The position numbers and the translations under genes are program-made. A DNA stretch of 64,000 nt from Lama glama. Its lineage: Eukaryota. A model generated the notes under the pieces. That model searched no databases, was not told the origin of the DNA, and saw only the letters and a list, made by a program, of their open reading frames with translations. This document shows positions 14,037 through 27,795 of this stretch, piece by piece; position 1 is the first letter of the stretch, and every line of letters begins with the position of its first letter. The stretch spans positions 40,736,001 through 40,800,000 of the forward strand of contig CM052818.1 in assembly GCA_028534125.1 (NCBI GenBank), written 5' to 3'.

Positions 14037-16934
14037 AGAAACACATGTATCAGTTTTGTAGTCTTGCCGCAATTCATCATCCACAGATCAATTTTCCATA
14101 AAATCTAAGAGTAATGAAATAATAGGAATAATAACCAAAGGTGAAATTGGACCCTATCTCTACCTTGCTTAACTCACGAGAATTGTGGTCTAGAGTTTTG
14201 CTTAAATAAAATTAAAACATCACAATCAGGCCACCATAATTGAATTTAGCGTGCTGGGCAAATTGTACTTGTATTTAAATCCTGTAATCCAAAGCAGTCA
14301 GAGTAATCCAACACTGTCTAGTTGACTCAGAAAGTAGATTACAAAGAGTATCTCCAAACAACTTTGTTTTTTTTCCAAATTATCAAATTTCAAGAAGTAC
14401 CTTAATATAAAAAAAAATCCTTGAATTAACACTGATTTTTTTTTCTTTATTTTGCTCTGTCCCAAGAAGAAAATGAAAACTTCCCAGGGTCTAACATATT
14501 CAGGAATTAAAAATAAATTGATAGAGGTTCTGGTCTTTGGAGAGAAAACCAGTAAGTGCTTTCTAAAGCAAGGCCTCTAAATGATATCTGAAAGGTTAAT
14601 ATAAATCCTGTTTCTCTTGGCCGTCCAGAGTGCGTGAATGCAATACCATCCCCAGAAGTCCCAAGGGCTGGAAGCACAGGTAACCAAACACCACTCTCCT
14701 CTCCCCGGGTTCTGTGTTCCTAGACAACCTCCCCTGGGGAACAGTGGGAGGCAGCAGGCTGCTGCTGAGTCACCTCCAAAGACAATCCGCAGAAAGGAAG
14801 GCACGGAAAAGCCCAGTGGAAGGGTGTGCATCTCATAAGAAGCAAAGCCGCACAGCCACTGACCACTAACATAGTCCTCCCCACAGGTAGACAGGGCTCC
14901 GGGACTACCACCACCATTCCACTGGTCCCAGGAAGGAATTCCCTGGCTCCCTCCACCCTGCAGGAGCCTCCCAGCTTCGTGGCTGACCAAAAGCAGAGCT
15001 CAGGCTGCAGCCAGGAAACAGGCAAATCAGCCCACCTGGGGAATTTAGACCCTGGGCTTGGTCTCCCTCCATGTTTTCAACAGCTGATGCATCAAACATC
15101 TACACTAACACAGCGATAAAACGAGCAACTGCAAGCAAGCAGTTCTGGGGATGCAGAGGGAAAAATCTAATCTGCAATGGTAGCAGTGGTGTCAGTAGGT
15201 TAAAAGAAACCTTCTGGAGGACTCCGGCAACGTGTGTCACAAAATCCCACAGTTTCACATTTTGGAATGTATCCTGAGTAAATAAATCAGACACGTGTCC
15301 TAGGATGAAGATACAGGGATGTTCACTGCATCATTAATAATTCATAAGAGTAAAAAGTCGAAAGCAACCTAGAGGTCCATCAATAGGAGAATGGTTAAAC
15401 ATTAGGATTAGCCATGCAATAATACTCTGTAGCCATCAAAATCTCTAAAATCATAGCTCTGCAGACTGAGGCCCCGCTCTAAGTGTTTGCACTCTCGAAC
15501 CTGTTTAATCCTCACAACACTCCTACGAATAGTATTTTTACTGGATTCATTTTACAGATGGAGAAACTGGCAAATAGAGAAGTTAACTAACTCTCCAGGG
15601 TCAACAGCTATTAAGTGAGTTTCATGGTTTGAATTCAAACAATAACGCTCTAAAGCCATTATCTGATCCACTGCCTGTAGGTTGATGAAAAGAAAGTCAC
15701 AATATGTTCAGTTTTTTTAAAAAAAGAAAATAATTATAATACAATAATGTCATGATCTGATCTTGACGAAATATATCTGAGTTTATGAAGTGAAAAAATT
15801 CTATAAGAATGCGCACCAACACGTTAAAAGCGTTCTCTCTGGATGATGGAATTTGGAATGATTTTTGCCTTCTGCTCGGTAGCTCTCAACATTGTGTGAG
15901 TTTCTTTACAAGTATTATGAAACACTTATGAAAATAGTTACTCCTACTTGAGAAAATAAAAGGTCATAAGCAGACTTGGTCAGTGTTTGGGGAGGGAGGA
16001 GGGGGCGTGGGGTAGACATGAAGTGAACTTACAGATCTGGGAGAGAGAGAACCCTCCGCTGACGTGCTCTGGCGTCATTTGCAGGAATCATAAGTTGCTT
16101 CTGCTGTTCATTCACATCTGCTTAGGGGCAGGCACCATCCTGAAAACTACAGAGGACAAAACACAAGATGGCTCTTGCCCTCAGAGCTTACAGAAGCTTA
16201 GAAGAGCTTGGAGGAGGGTAAACAAGTATGTAAATGACTGCAACCCAAGGCAGAAGGTGCTGGGGACCACAAGGAGAGGTGTCGAGAAGGTGGCACAGTT
16301 CAGAGGAGGTAAAGGGTCCCCCCAGGATAGGGAAGTAGGGACAACTACATGAACTGGGCTAACAGAGCTGAGCCACGAGGGTCAGGTCAGATACGAACAA
16401 GTAAAGGAAGCAGGTAAGATAAGAAGGCTGGTCTCCAAGGAGAGGAAAGAACACGTGTAAAGACGTGGAGGCAAAAAAGGCTTGTGGTAGGTACAGAGAG
16501 CAGAAAATATGAGTTTGGCCAGGAGACAGCCCTACGACCTGGGCATATTTAAATAGATTCTTTTTTCTTTGTATATAAAGAACTCTGCCTGTACCATCCA
16601 CACCTTTGTGAGCAAGAATGACCCAGGTGAGAGATGTCTGTGCAGACGGAAAATGAAGTGCAGGTGGCCATACAGAGAATCTGCTGAAACAGAGTGACCC
16701 TACCCTACATCTCCTGAACTATTTAGCCACAAGGAGCCAGTCCAAGAAATGAAAAAATCAAAAACAAACAAACTCTTGGGAGTTATCACTGTTCCTAGAA
16801 CGTGTGAAAAATTAGAGGCTGCCCCTGGGAAGGGCATGGCACCAGGAACTGCAGTCGTCTGAAATGGCTAGATCATCTCTAAAGAGCTAATAAAGAAGAA
16901 CATATATTGCTAGATCATAAATTGGTTTGACTAC

Positions 16935-17086
16935 GTGGATAACTATGTTTCTGTACAATTGGATTCTTTTATATCCTGTGGCTTTTTTTTTTTACGTTGA
17001 AAAACTCTATTCTGAAAAGTGGTCCATAGGCTTCCTCAGACTGCCAAAGGGGCCTGAGGCACAAAAAAAGAGTTAAGAATGCCTTA
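16935..17086 (-). mobile_element. hAT-Charlie fragment (Charlie4z-like)
   Basis: GGTCCATAGGCTTCCTCAGACTGCCAAAGGGG...GGCACAAAAAAAGAGTTAAGAA terminus. Confidence 0.65.
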
Positions 17087-17249
17087 GCTAGAGATCCTGT
17101 TAAATGGCAAGTCACTTCCTGTGACTCCTGTGTGCAACCCTGCATTGGTTTCCGTCTCAGAATAAATTTTTCCCTCCTCTTGGACTTACCTGATTTCATC
17201 TCCCACTTGTCTCATTTTCTTTCATTCTCATCTGGCATATTGGTCTCTG

Positions 17250-17680
17250 TAACAGTCCTTAATCATGTTAAGAAGGCAATTCGTGCCTCAGGGCCTTTGC
17301 ACTGGCTGATCTCCATGCCTAGAACGCTGCATCCCCAGGTGACTGCACGGATTCTTCCTCACTTCCTTCAGGTCTTTACTCACATGATAGCTTCTCAATG
17401 ATGCCTTCCTGGGTTACCCTAACAAAGTCATCCCCCAGTTAAACTCCTACCCACCTTCGTTACTTTATTTTTTTCTCTTTAGTATTTTTTAATCCCTAAA
17501 TTACACTTAGAGACATAGACTTTATTTCTTTATCTTATTTATAGTTTATTTCCCCACTTGGACATGAGCTCCACGAAGGTAGGCATTTTTGTCTTACACA
17601 TCACTGTATCCCCAGTGCCTTGAACCTTATGTGACACACATGAGATTCTTAAAACTGTCTGTTGAATTGATTGGTGAATC
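17250..17680 (+). mobile_element. L2 3' end
   Basis: GCCTCAGGGCCTTTGCACTGGCTG..GAGCTCCACGAAGGTAGG..CACTGTATCCCCAGTGCCT..GTTGAATTGATTGGTGAAT. Confidence 0.8.
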
Positions 17681-18759
17681 AGTTCATTGGTTGACATTTA
17701 TCACATAGCTTGGCTACCGACTGCTTCCATTCCATGCTGAATTTTAAAGTCTGTCTTGCCCACCGAATTACTGGGAGAAAAGAAAATTCACAGCAAAGAT
17801 GCTTTTGAAATTGTGATCACCACAGAAGAATAGCAGCTTATTTATCAGCCACCGCAGAAGGGAGATACATTTTTTCCTTAATGAAAAGAGTTTTACATGA
17901 AAGATAAGGTAGATAAGTTATAACACACATACAGTAAGTTCCTGGATCAAGCTATATCATAACAAATACAGAAAAGGTAAATGGAAAAATTGTCATATGG
18001 CATAAAACCAAGAAAATCACACTAACCCAGAGTGCAATAGAAGCAATGCTGGTTGATAAGATCATCACAACAGATTCCACCTGGAAAATGATAAAAAAAA
18101 AAAAATGGACAGCTTACAAACACAGGAGCAAATACAAGAAATAAAATCACCACGTGGGCACTGCTGGACATAACCTGTCACTGTTAAAAATACAGAATTA
18201 CCCATTTGCGAGCACTGCTGCTTACGGATTAAAATAGCAAAAATGCATCTAACGCTGGTAAAATCTGAAGTTCGCTGTCTTCACGGACATATAAAGCCTG
18301 GGAGCATGTTGTTTTAGTAAGAACGATCTTTTTCTCATAGGATAATCTGTCAAACAACCAAAGCTGAGACTGGACTCCTTGTAGTTATAAAAAAAATTAA
18401 GGACAAATAAAGAAAGCGCTATGTGATACCACATTCGTCCTTATATAGATATGCTCCAGCCACTCACATATTAACAAACAACACACAATAAAATCTCCCA
18501 AGCCCAAATTCCTCTTTGCAGCAGCTTCTTGAAAGCACTTTTTACACTTCTTTGTTCTCCGACAATACTTGCCCTAATCCCACACTAAGCGTTTTTGCTA
18601 AAGGCGCCTCCAGGGAACCAAACTCAAAGGACACTTCCCGTCTGTGCATGACTTACTTGTCTAAGGCAAGTGTCACTGCTGACCTCCCAGACCCTGTGGT
18701 TCATTGGCTTGTTCTTGGTATCCTGTGACACTCTACTTCCTCTTTCCAAACTTAAAATC

Positions 18760-19090
18760 TGAGGTCACCAAATAAGATACCTGCAGGGACTAGACAGGTG
18801 CCCAGACTGAGAACAGAGGTCACCTGGCCACTGTGACAAGCTAGAACGCACTGGCCCTGGCAAGAAGGGACTGCTGTCCCTTATCTGTGGGCATCCAGTG
18901 GCCAGACTGCCCATGCTGTGGAGAGCACCCACAAATCTTACTTTTATGGGAATTTTCCCAACTTTGTAAGCGTTACCGGTTTTGTCGTTAATGTTTTAGT
19001 ACTGAAGGCCAAATCAAACAAATCTGTAGCCAGGATACAATCTGCAGAACTCAAATTCATGTCACGTCCCCAGCCCATGGGTTCCGCCCA
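18760..19090 (+). mobile_element. hAT element (MER102-like), degraded
   Basis: GCCAGACTGCCCAT...AAATCTTACTTTTATGGGAATTTTCCCAACTTT...GGCCAAATCAAACAAATCTG pattern. Confidence 0.45.
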
Positions 19091-19504
19091 CTGCTCTTCT
19101 TGAGAATTGCACTTAACTACAGAGTCCGGGTGCGTATTTCCAGCCCAGATCTCCCCACTGCGCTGCGGACTCATGGAACTGCCCACTGGAGATGTCCATT
19201 TGAATGTCCTAACAGGACCCTGAAATAATCACGTCCACACCCTCCTTTCATCCTGTTCCCAAACGTCTCTCAAATCCTTCTCCTCCCCCTCTCTCTCCTG
19301 CCTTGGCTTTAATTCAGACACTCAGTATTTTTCCATGATTTACTCTAATAGATTCCTGATTCTCCTCCCTGTCTTAGACCCATCCCCATTCTCCACCCTC
19401 AAATTCATTCTTCCTGCCGAGCTAAAGCTACCTTCTAAAATGCACAATCTTACAGCACTCTGATGGCTCCCTTGTCCTTCAGGATAAACCCTAAATCCCA
19501 GCTG

Positions 19505-19715
19505 GTTGGTCTGAATCCCAGCTTCACCACTCATCAGCTGTGTGACCTTGGGCCAGTTATTTAAATTCTCTGAGCCTCAGTTTCCTCATGGGTGAAACAT
19601 GGATACAAAATGTCACTTACCACCTTGGGCAGTTACGGGAACTGAAAATGAGATAAGACATATAAAGCCCCCTGTGCTTAGCACCTCGCTAACGCTCCAT
19701 CAGATGTTAGCTGTC
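19505..19715 (+). mobile_element. MIR SINE (representative copy; others near 0.6, 5.4, 11.7, 15.5, 28.3, 34.0, 42.4, 52.1, 56.7-57.0, 57.6 and 58.9 kb)
   Basis: MIR core GCTGTGTGACCTTGGGCCAGTTATTTAAATTCTCTGAGCCTCAGTTTCCTCAT. Confidence 0.85.
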
Positions 19716-22448
19716 AGTAACACTGTCATTCCTCATCCATTGTCCTCGCCTGCCACAACCCAAGTCCAACTCTAGAACTGTAAAGAATTCCTTGCAATTC
19801 CCCCAAAGCACCCCCCAAATTCTCACTCATCTGCTCAGAATGCCCTTCAAGACTCATATTCTCTATCACAGCCTCCAGAACCAAGCCCTGACCCCCAACC
19901 TCCCTTATCCCTATGTAACTTGCTGAAATGCAGTGGAACAATTTCCTCGAAGCCTCTGCCATGACACTGTCAACCTTCCAAAGGCAAGGCCTATTTTTTC
20001 TTAATCTTTGCATGCTTAATGCCCAGCAAGAAACATTCTATAAGCCCCAGATCTACCTAGAGAGGCAGGCATTATCATAATCACCACTTATGCATGAGGA
20101 GACTGAGGTTCAGAATGGTTATGTACACATGGGTGATGGCAAGCCCAGAGCCCCAGCCTGGCTCTCCCGGGGAGACCCACGTGGTCACACTGCTCCTGCT
20201 GGTGCTGGTTTGCTGTCTGAGCTTCCGCACCAGGCTCATGTACTTACAGCCGACTTTCCTTCTGTCCTAGATATCTCTAAATGAGTGGGGAAAGTACATA
20301 GGACTTTTTCTCATCTCATGCTCTTCCTATGGTGATGTCCTTAAGATTTACCATCCCACCAAGACAATATTCAAAAAGGGAGGGATAATTACCCAAAGGA
20401 AATTAGGGGGCTGCAGGAAGAGGAAACAGATGTGTGGCCAAAAATTCCATTCCCAGAGAGTTTTCCATTCTTGAACTTAAAATAGAAATACAAAGAATGT
20501 AGAAGTCTAAGGAATTTCAAGCATCAAGGAACAGGTCAAATTACCTACCTGGGTGATAGAGGCCCTTCATTAATGCCCCCAAATCACACTAGTAGACAAG
20601 TCAGTGACATCATCTTGCCTCCGCTTCTTACTAACATCCCTTCCCTCTCCACAGACAGCCAGAGAGACTTTTCTAAACTACAAGTCAGAACGTGTCTATA
20701 CCTTCCATAAACCTTCAGTGGCTCCCCACTGTGTTCGGGATAGAGTTCAAAACTTCTCCACTGACGTCAAAGCAAGAACTTCCCCGCCTGCCTCTCTGGC
20801 CTCTGTGTCCACCAGCATACTTCAATCCCCTCTGCTTCAGCCTGGTCGAATTATTTGCCATTCCCAACCTCAAAGAGAACCTAGTGCATTCTCTTTCCCA
20901 AGTCCCATTGAAGATGTCCTCTCTGTTCCTTTCTTTTCCAGGTAATCCCAGTTTTGTCTCCAAGAAATCAGCTCCAACGTCACCTGTTCTGGGACACTCT
21001 CCTTTGATGTACCACACTCCTGCACATGTGCACGCCCACACACACATCTAAGGCTGAACAGGCACCTCCCTATGTGCCAGCAGAACCCTATTTCTTAGCA
21101 GTATCACCGAGACACGGTGATATCAGCACCTGGCACACAGCAGACAAGTGGGAGATGTCTGGTGGAAGGATGACTAACTGAATGTTCTGCTTAAGGGTAT
21201 AAGGCTAGGATTTCGTGGTCAGAATAGAGCGGAGAAGGCTGCTTGGAAGGTGCTTTCACATCTTACAGCCTTTCCTGGAGGCTCCAGGACCCGGGATGAG
21301 AATGTCTGGCCGAGCCACGGTTTCTCTGTACCTAGTCTGAGCACCTGACACATTACGGTCTTCCCAAAGAAGTGTAGAAAAGCATTTATTGCTGCTAGAA
21401 GTCACAGATGTTGCCAAGTCATAAATCCTCAGCATGTTTACAACAAAACTCTGAGACAGCCAAGTGTCTGTTGCTGTAGTAAGTTGCCACAGTGACTATC
21501 TCATGGGGTGAAAGAAAAGTTTCCCGTAACATTTTAAATATGATGGTTTATATAACATCTAATCCATTATTTGGAAGGGAGGAAAAAATGTTCTTACGCT
21601 TCACAAGCATCCACATTCAGCTCCTGGAAGCTACCCTAGGAGGATTTTTTTTAATGCTTTGCCCAGCACTATCCACTATGATGAATTCCATGCTTTATCA
21701 TTATGGAAATAAATTAAAAAATAATGAGATCCCGGGCGATTCAAGTCAGAAAGTTTTCAATTTGACTTTTGAAAAATTAATTCTCACTCCTCTCATTTGT
21801 CCAATCCATCTCCTAAGTGCGCTCACCTCTCTGTGAGTTTCCAAGTTCTCTGTACAAGGAAGAGCCAGGCGGGATGGAGCTGGAAGGAAGGAAAGCAGAG
21901 ACTCCGAAGAGCCCCCAAGCCCTCCAGCGAGAGCAGCAGTGACACGTGACAGCAGGGCCGAGCCCCGGGACAGCTTTAGGTCTGGTCTCTGGACAGCTGC
22001 GGGCTTTCCTCCTGAGATGCTGAAAGGAACTCCCCACTCCACAGTAACTAAGAATGCACACTTGAAAATAAAAAATAAACACACTTCGTATAGCCTGGAG
22101 TAAAACATGGCTCTCTTTACCCGATTTTCACACTCAAACTTCATGTCTCTGGGTTTCCTACTCAGAGCTTAGCATGGGAAATTCAAGATAGTAGTTACAC
22201 ACTAGACCAATTGGATAACTGCTGAAGAAGTTCACAGTAGAATGGTGCAAATAGGGTTTTTGTTGTGGCTGTTTGTTACATAAACTCAAAAAAAAATGAC
22301 ATGGTATTTTTTAAGGAGTCATCTAGTTCTTTTATTTGAAACCGTGGATCAGCAATACATGAAATTGCTCCCATTCAAATTCAGATAATATTAGATGAAA
22401 AGAGGCTAAAACATATAACATAACCAAAAATTAACTTTTATTCTATAG

Positions 22449-22948
22449 CAGTAGCTCTCAAAGTGTGGTCAGGGGACCTCTACGGCTCCTAAGATCTGTT
22501 AAAGGGTCCATTAGGTAAAACCATTTTCATAATAAATCAAGGTGCTACTTTCCTATTTCCCTCTCATTCTCTCACAAGTGTCCAGTAGAGTTTTTGAGAG
22601 GATATATGATGTTTGAGAACGTAACAGACTAAATGGAGAAGCAAATCTATGAATCCCACTATGTTCTGTTAAACCAGACAATAAACAAATTTGTAAAAGT
22701 GTAAAACAATGCCACTCATAATTATGTTGCTTAAAAAAGTTATTTTTTATAAATATGTGCCATTTATGTTAACACGTTACAGGATTATTGTTATTTTAAA
22801 CAACGAATTAAATAATTTGAAATGCATCTATTTTAATTTCCAGTATACATATTGACAGATATAACCCACATGACAAAAATATTTGGGGGGTTCTCAATAA
22901 TTTTTTAAGCATATAAAGATCCTGAGACCAAAACACTTGAATATGCTG
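22449..22948 (+). mobile_element. hAT-Charlie non-autonomous element, both ends present
   Basis: Starts CAGTAGCTCTCAAAGTGTGGTC and ends CCTGAGACCAAAACACTTGAATATGCTG. Flanks TTCTATAG / TTTCAGAG resemble a decayed 8-bp TSD. Confidence 0.75.
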
Positions 22949-23909
22949 TTTCAGAGCACTGGAATCTCAATTTCTTTTTTTTTTTATTGTGGCAAAATAC
23001 ACCCGACCTAAACTTTACCATCGCAACCATTTTTAAGTGTACAGTTCAGTGCTTTGAATGCTTTCATGATGCTGTGCAACCACCATCCATCCCCAGAACT
23101 CCTTTCATCATGTAAAACTAGAAACTCTCTACCCAATATGGTACTTTTTTTTGTGGTTTTGTCTACTTCATCCAATCAGCTAAGCAGCCCACAAATGAGC
23201 ACCCTTCCTCCTCTAGGGTGTGTGTCTGTGCAGACGGGTGTGTGGAACAGAGCCCTGTCCCTGAGGGGAGAGAACTCCACCTGCTCCCTTCTACACCACA
23301 CCATCCTGGACATCCATTGCACAAAGCATCTACTGCCCCACTTCTTATGACTTAACTCTGCATCCGCGGGGCATTCTGAAACCTAACCCCAATGTCTAAT
23401 AACACTTACCTGGGACTTGCTGACACTAACTTACAAATGAAAGGTTGTAAAACAGGGTTTGCTGTTGTGTTCTTAACTGTTGACATGGCTGACAGCAGCA
23501 ACCGTTATGAAAGCAACTGGCAGCAGACCCAGCAGAGTTTAGGGCCACGTTACATAACTGTGCATCCTACTGTGTACTGTATACTCTCTACTTCAAAGTC
23601 CCCTACAAAAGACATGAGATGAGAAGGCAGAATGTGCTGCAGCTTCTGCATTTTAAGTCTGGAGGAGCTGGGAGTAGAGAATTCAGGGCTCATCACCAAA
23701 AAGAGGAACCACACTGACATTTGATTTCTAACTAGATCAAGAAGCCTGGGAAACTGCTTAAAGGTGAAGCTCTCAGGCACCATGTGAACTTTCATGAGAT
23801 TCCTGTTTTTGCATATCTGGGGAGCCTACACGGTAGGATTTGTGATCTAAGGAGATGATGAGAAGGTTGGCGATATTGATAAGCTTTTTACATTTTGGCA
23901 AAAATAGAA

Positions 23910-23934
23910 AGATAGATGGATAGACGGGTGGGTG

Positions 23935-23992
<58 letters not shown>

Positions 23993-23994
23993 TA
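23910..23994. repeat. (GATA)n/(GACA)n microsatellite
   Basis: Direct reading of the sequence. Confidence 0.95.
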
Positions 23995-25529
23995 AACGCT
24001 GTCATATAATGACACTTTTCGGGCAGGGAAGACAAGCTTCACCAAGAAAGCTCAACCCTGAAACAGCCCAGGGGCTAAATCTTGGCCAGGCAATATATAA
24101 TTACCAGGGGGAGGAGGGCAGGCAGGGGTCCTCTGTCAGTGGACTCTAGAGGGCACCACACTTAGAAAACTGGGATCTTAAAAACCCACAAGAAAAATAC
24201 TGCCCAAAAGGTATGACCTTCTTATTGACCTCAAAGACAAAAATACCCTTGCCAGAACCCAAGTGTCTCCTCTCAATCCAAATCTGCAAACTGGGGTCCT
24301 TAACCACGGAGTTCTCCCATCTCTTTAGCCAATTAAATTGTTATCTTGGGTGAATCATAGGAAATGATTTTAGGTTCACCTTGACAGGTCAATCAGGGCT
24401 TAGGAAAGCCAAACCAGTTCATGGAAGAATGAAAGTCAAAAAAGGTGAGCACCTTCAAGCCCCAAATGTCAGTCTGCTGGCATTCTTTTATCTCAAACCA
24501 CCAATTATGTGCCAGGATATAGGTCAGCGTTACTGACACAAGTCTTCAAGAGGCTGATGCCTCTTAACCAGTCTTTGGCGTAATTTTCAACTCTACGGCC
24601 CTGTTGATGCTCTCATTCCCCACGACTACAAATTGGTACTGGGTACTCCACACTTCTTCAAGGCCCCATCAGGCCCTCTGGGATTCTCCTTATTGCTCTT
24701 CGGGCCAGCATATTCTGCTAAACATGGGTTCCCAGATGACAGACCATATGTCGCTCTCTTGCATCTTTCTACAAGATACCCATGGGTACAGAGTCTTATG
24801 TGATGGAAAAGACCAGGTAAAGAAGGATTCCACTGAGACACAGCAAGCTGGCTTCTAGCTATGCCTGAAGCACTGCATCGGCCTCGCCCCCATACATCTT
24901 GGAGACGCTTGGCATCTCCCCCCCACCATGCTTGTCACTGATGTCTCTCCATTTAAGCCAATTAGAAAGCAGCTCATTGGTGATCATCAAAGACCAAATG
25001 CTTAGAATCTCGCCACAAATGTTCCCACATACCCACTCAAAGTTCTCCTAATCCAATTTATAGAAAAGATCCAAATCAACACATATAAATGACGCTACTG
25101 AAGGAGAATATTCGTAGAAAGATTATCTATTTTTTTTTAAATCAGAAAATCACCAGGCTGTGGGGCAAAAAAAAAAAAAATAAGGAAGGAGAAGTGATAC
25201 ACTTAAACATACCCAGTAATGGGAGACAAAGCCAGACAAATGTCTCATCTTTTGGAAGGGCTGGTACCATATAACTCCGCATATGGAGATGGGTGTGTGT
25301 TGGCTTATTGAGGAGCTGGACTCAGCTCCCTGATCTCAGCCACAGTCACCTTCCACATAGACAGAATAACTGTACCCACCTCCCCTGCACCTGCCCTGTC
25401 TCTCTGTTCCCTCCATAACCAACCTAAATATGCAGGGTTTCCACCTTGTCACCTCCCAGTCACTCTCACTCAGTCCAAGCTGGCTAGAGGTCCCACCTCT
25501 CCAACACGCCTCTAACTAGGCTCCCAGTG

Positions 25530-26092
25530 GCCATGCTGGAACCTCTCTAATCTTTTCTTCTCTAATCTAGTCTTTGCAGCCTTCACAGGTGACCTTCTAG
25601 AGGTATAAATTGGCTCCTGACAGTCCCCAGCCACAAAGCCATTAACTCCTTCCCATAGCCCTCGGGATAAACTCAAACACTGAACCTGGCCCGAAGCGCC
25701 CCGCACTGACCCCTGGCCTCCTCGCCCCACCTCCTGCCAGCCTGTCCTCCTCGGCCTGTTCTCCTGGAGTTTGCCCAACACTCCATGTTCATTCCTGCCC
25801 TAGAAGCCGCTCACTCCTCCTGGAGCCTGGAAATCTCTATCTCTGACTTTTCAAGTGATAAACTCCTCTCTGTCTCTCAAAATGAAAAGTCTTTTCTTCA
25901 GAAAGGTCTTCCCAGCTCTTCTGTCCAAACTGGCGCCCTCCCCACCCTTCTGTCCTTCCCCCGTGAAGGTCTTTAGAACAGTCGCCACTACTCAAATGTT
26001 CGCATCCATTGTTTAATGTCTGCCTCCTCCCCCAACTCCTAGCACAGTACCCAACATCGGGTAAGTACCCAAACACGTGTTGAATAAATGCC
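25530..26092 (+). mobile_element. L2 fragments
   Basis: GGATAAACTCAAACAC..CCTAGCACAGTACCCAACATCGGGTAAGTACCCAAACACGTGTTGAATAAATG. Confidence 0.65.
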
Positions 26093-27611
26093 TGTATATA
26101 TTTGTATATGTAAAGAGGCCATATATGCCCTAAAAAGTTAATCATTAAGTCAGCACTGCTGAGCATCTGCTGGGTGCTCAGTTGAGCTCAGTTGATCTGC
26201 ACAGGAAGATCAGCAGGATGCTTCGATCCCTGGGGACTTCAGCAAGCACACTGAAGCCAGCTGCTGTCAACATTAACCTCCTACGTGTAACATGACCGGC
26301 TAAAAGCAGGTCTCAGGCCTTTATCATCCAACACTTGTGTAATTAAAGACAATTTACAGGGTATCTGCTCCAAGCGAACCATGGTACAAGATTCTGTAGG
26401 ATTCCAAAGAGTGAGACCCCCACCCTTGCCCACAAAGAAAAATGCTGCAACTAAGCTAGGAACTATTTATAGCTTAGCAAGAAGGTTTACTTTTATAAGG
26501 GATAGGTGTACATGTGTTGCAAAGTTGCAAAAGTGACCCAGAGAAATGATTTTTAAAAAATGGGATGGAAATTCTTCTACATCTGCTCCCACATTCGACT
26601 GCACATTCTAAACATTGTGACTGTGTTCATCCTACTCGGGATTTCTCTCTGAGTTTCACATACCAGGTCCCTGAGTGCAAAAATAAGGCAACAGCATAAA
26701 GTACTTTCTCCTCCTTCCTTGCCCTTGCTAAGCACCTTGACTTAGAGCAGTCACCAAAAGCCAGCTGCAGGATGAAATTCAAACTCCACCACCTCCAAGG
26801 ATGCTCTGCTTCCACTGCTCTCCTTGTGAAACCTGAAGATGATGGACTTGGTGTCAGAAGACCCCTGGCTAAGACCAAGTCCAGGGCTCCCTTTGCCTTA
26901 TTTTCTTCATCTGCAGCTTGGGCTTCCTAACCCCCGCTCTGCCTGCTGCTTGCCACACTCATATTTAGCATCTTGTATTGTCCTGTCTTGGGCTGGTTAA
27001 TCTTGAGTTTCCAGGCCTGCTGTAAATTCAAGTTCAGAGAACATGTCTTAGATTCTGCCCGCCCTTGGTGTCTGTAGTACGGGGCACAGGGCACCACACA
27101 ATAATGCCTTATGAGTTGGTTTGCTGGTTGGCTTTTTTGATGGATTCGACTCAGAGTGCAGCCTTCTGTGATTTTTCTGGGTTTCTCATTGATAATAAAC
27201 ATGTTTTCCGGAAATAACCATAGTTTACCTAGCCCATGATCTTTGTGGTCTTTTTCCCAATCCATTGGGCAGAATTCCATCATAAAGAAGAAAATTCTGG
27301 AAAAAGCAGAAAGAACATTTTTCTAGTATAGTTTTCAAGGTTCTTTTTAAGGTGAGATGGGGGCCAAAGAGTCAATTGGTAACTGCAGACCACCTCGCCC
27401 TGTCACTGTCCAACAAGCCCAGTCTGAGGGCTACGAAGCACAGGACACAGCGTCAGGGCTCTAGGGATAAACAAAAAACAGAATCTCACAGTGACTCCCA
27501 CAGTGACTCCACACCCAGACTGTCAACGATAGAATCCTGTCGTCCTTGTTACATGACTTCACATACAATACTCATTACTTTCTTTTTCTTCAACTATAAT
27601 AGGGAAATTCA

Positions 27612-27795
27612 TGGAAGCAGAGATCAGAGTAATATAGCAATAAGCCAAGGAATGCCTGGAGCCACCAAAAGTTAAAATGGGCAAAGACAAATTGCCCACA
27701 GAGCGTTTGGAGGGAGTGTAGCCCTGTGGGCATTCTTGATTTGAACTTCTAGCCTCCGGAACTGTGAGAGGATAAATTTCTGTTGTTTTAAGCCA
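27612..27795 (+). mobile_element. MLT1 (ERVL-MaLR) LTR fragment
   Basis: AAGCCAAGGAATGCC..GCCACCA..CTTCTAGCCTCCGGAACTGTGAGAGGATAAATTTCTGTTGTTTTAAGCCA. Confidence 0.85.
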
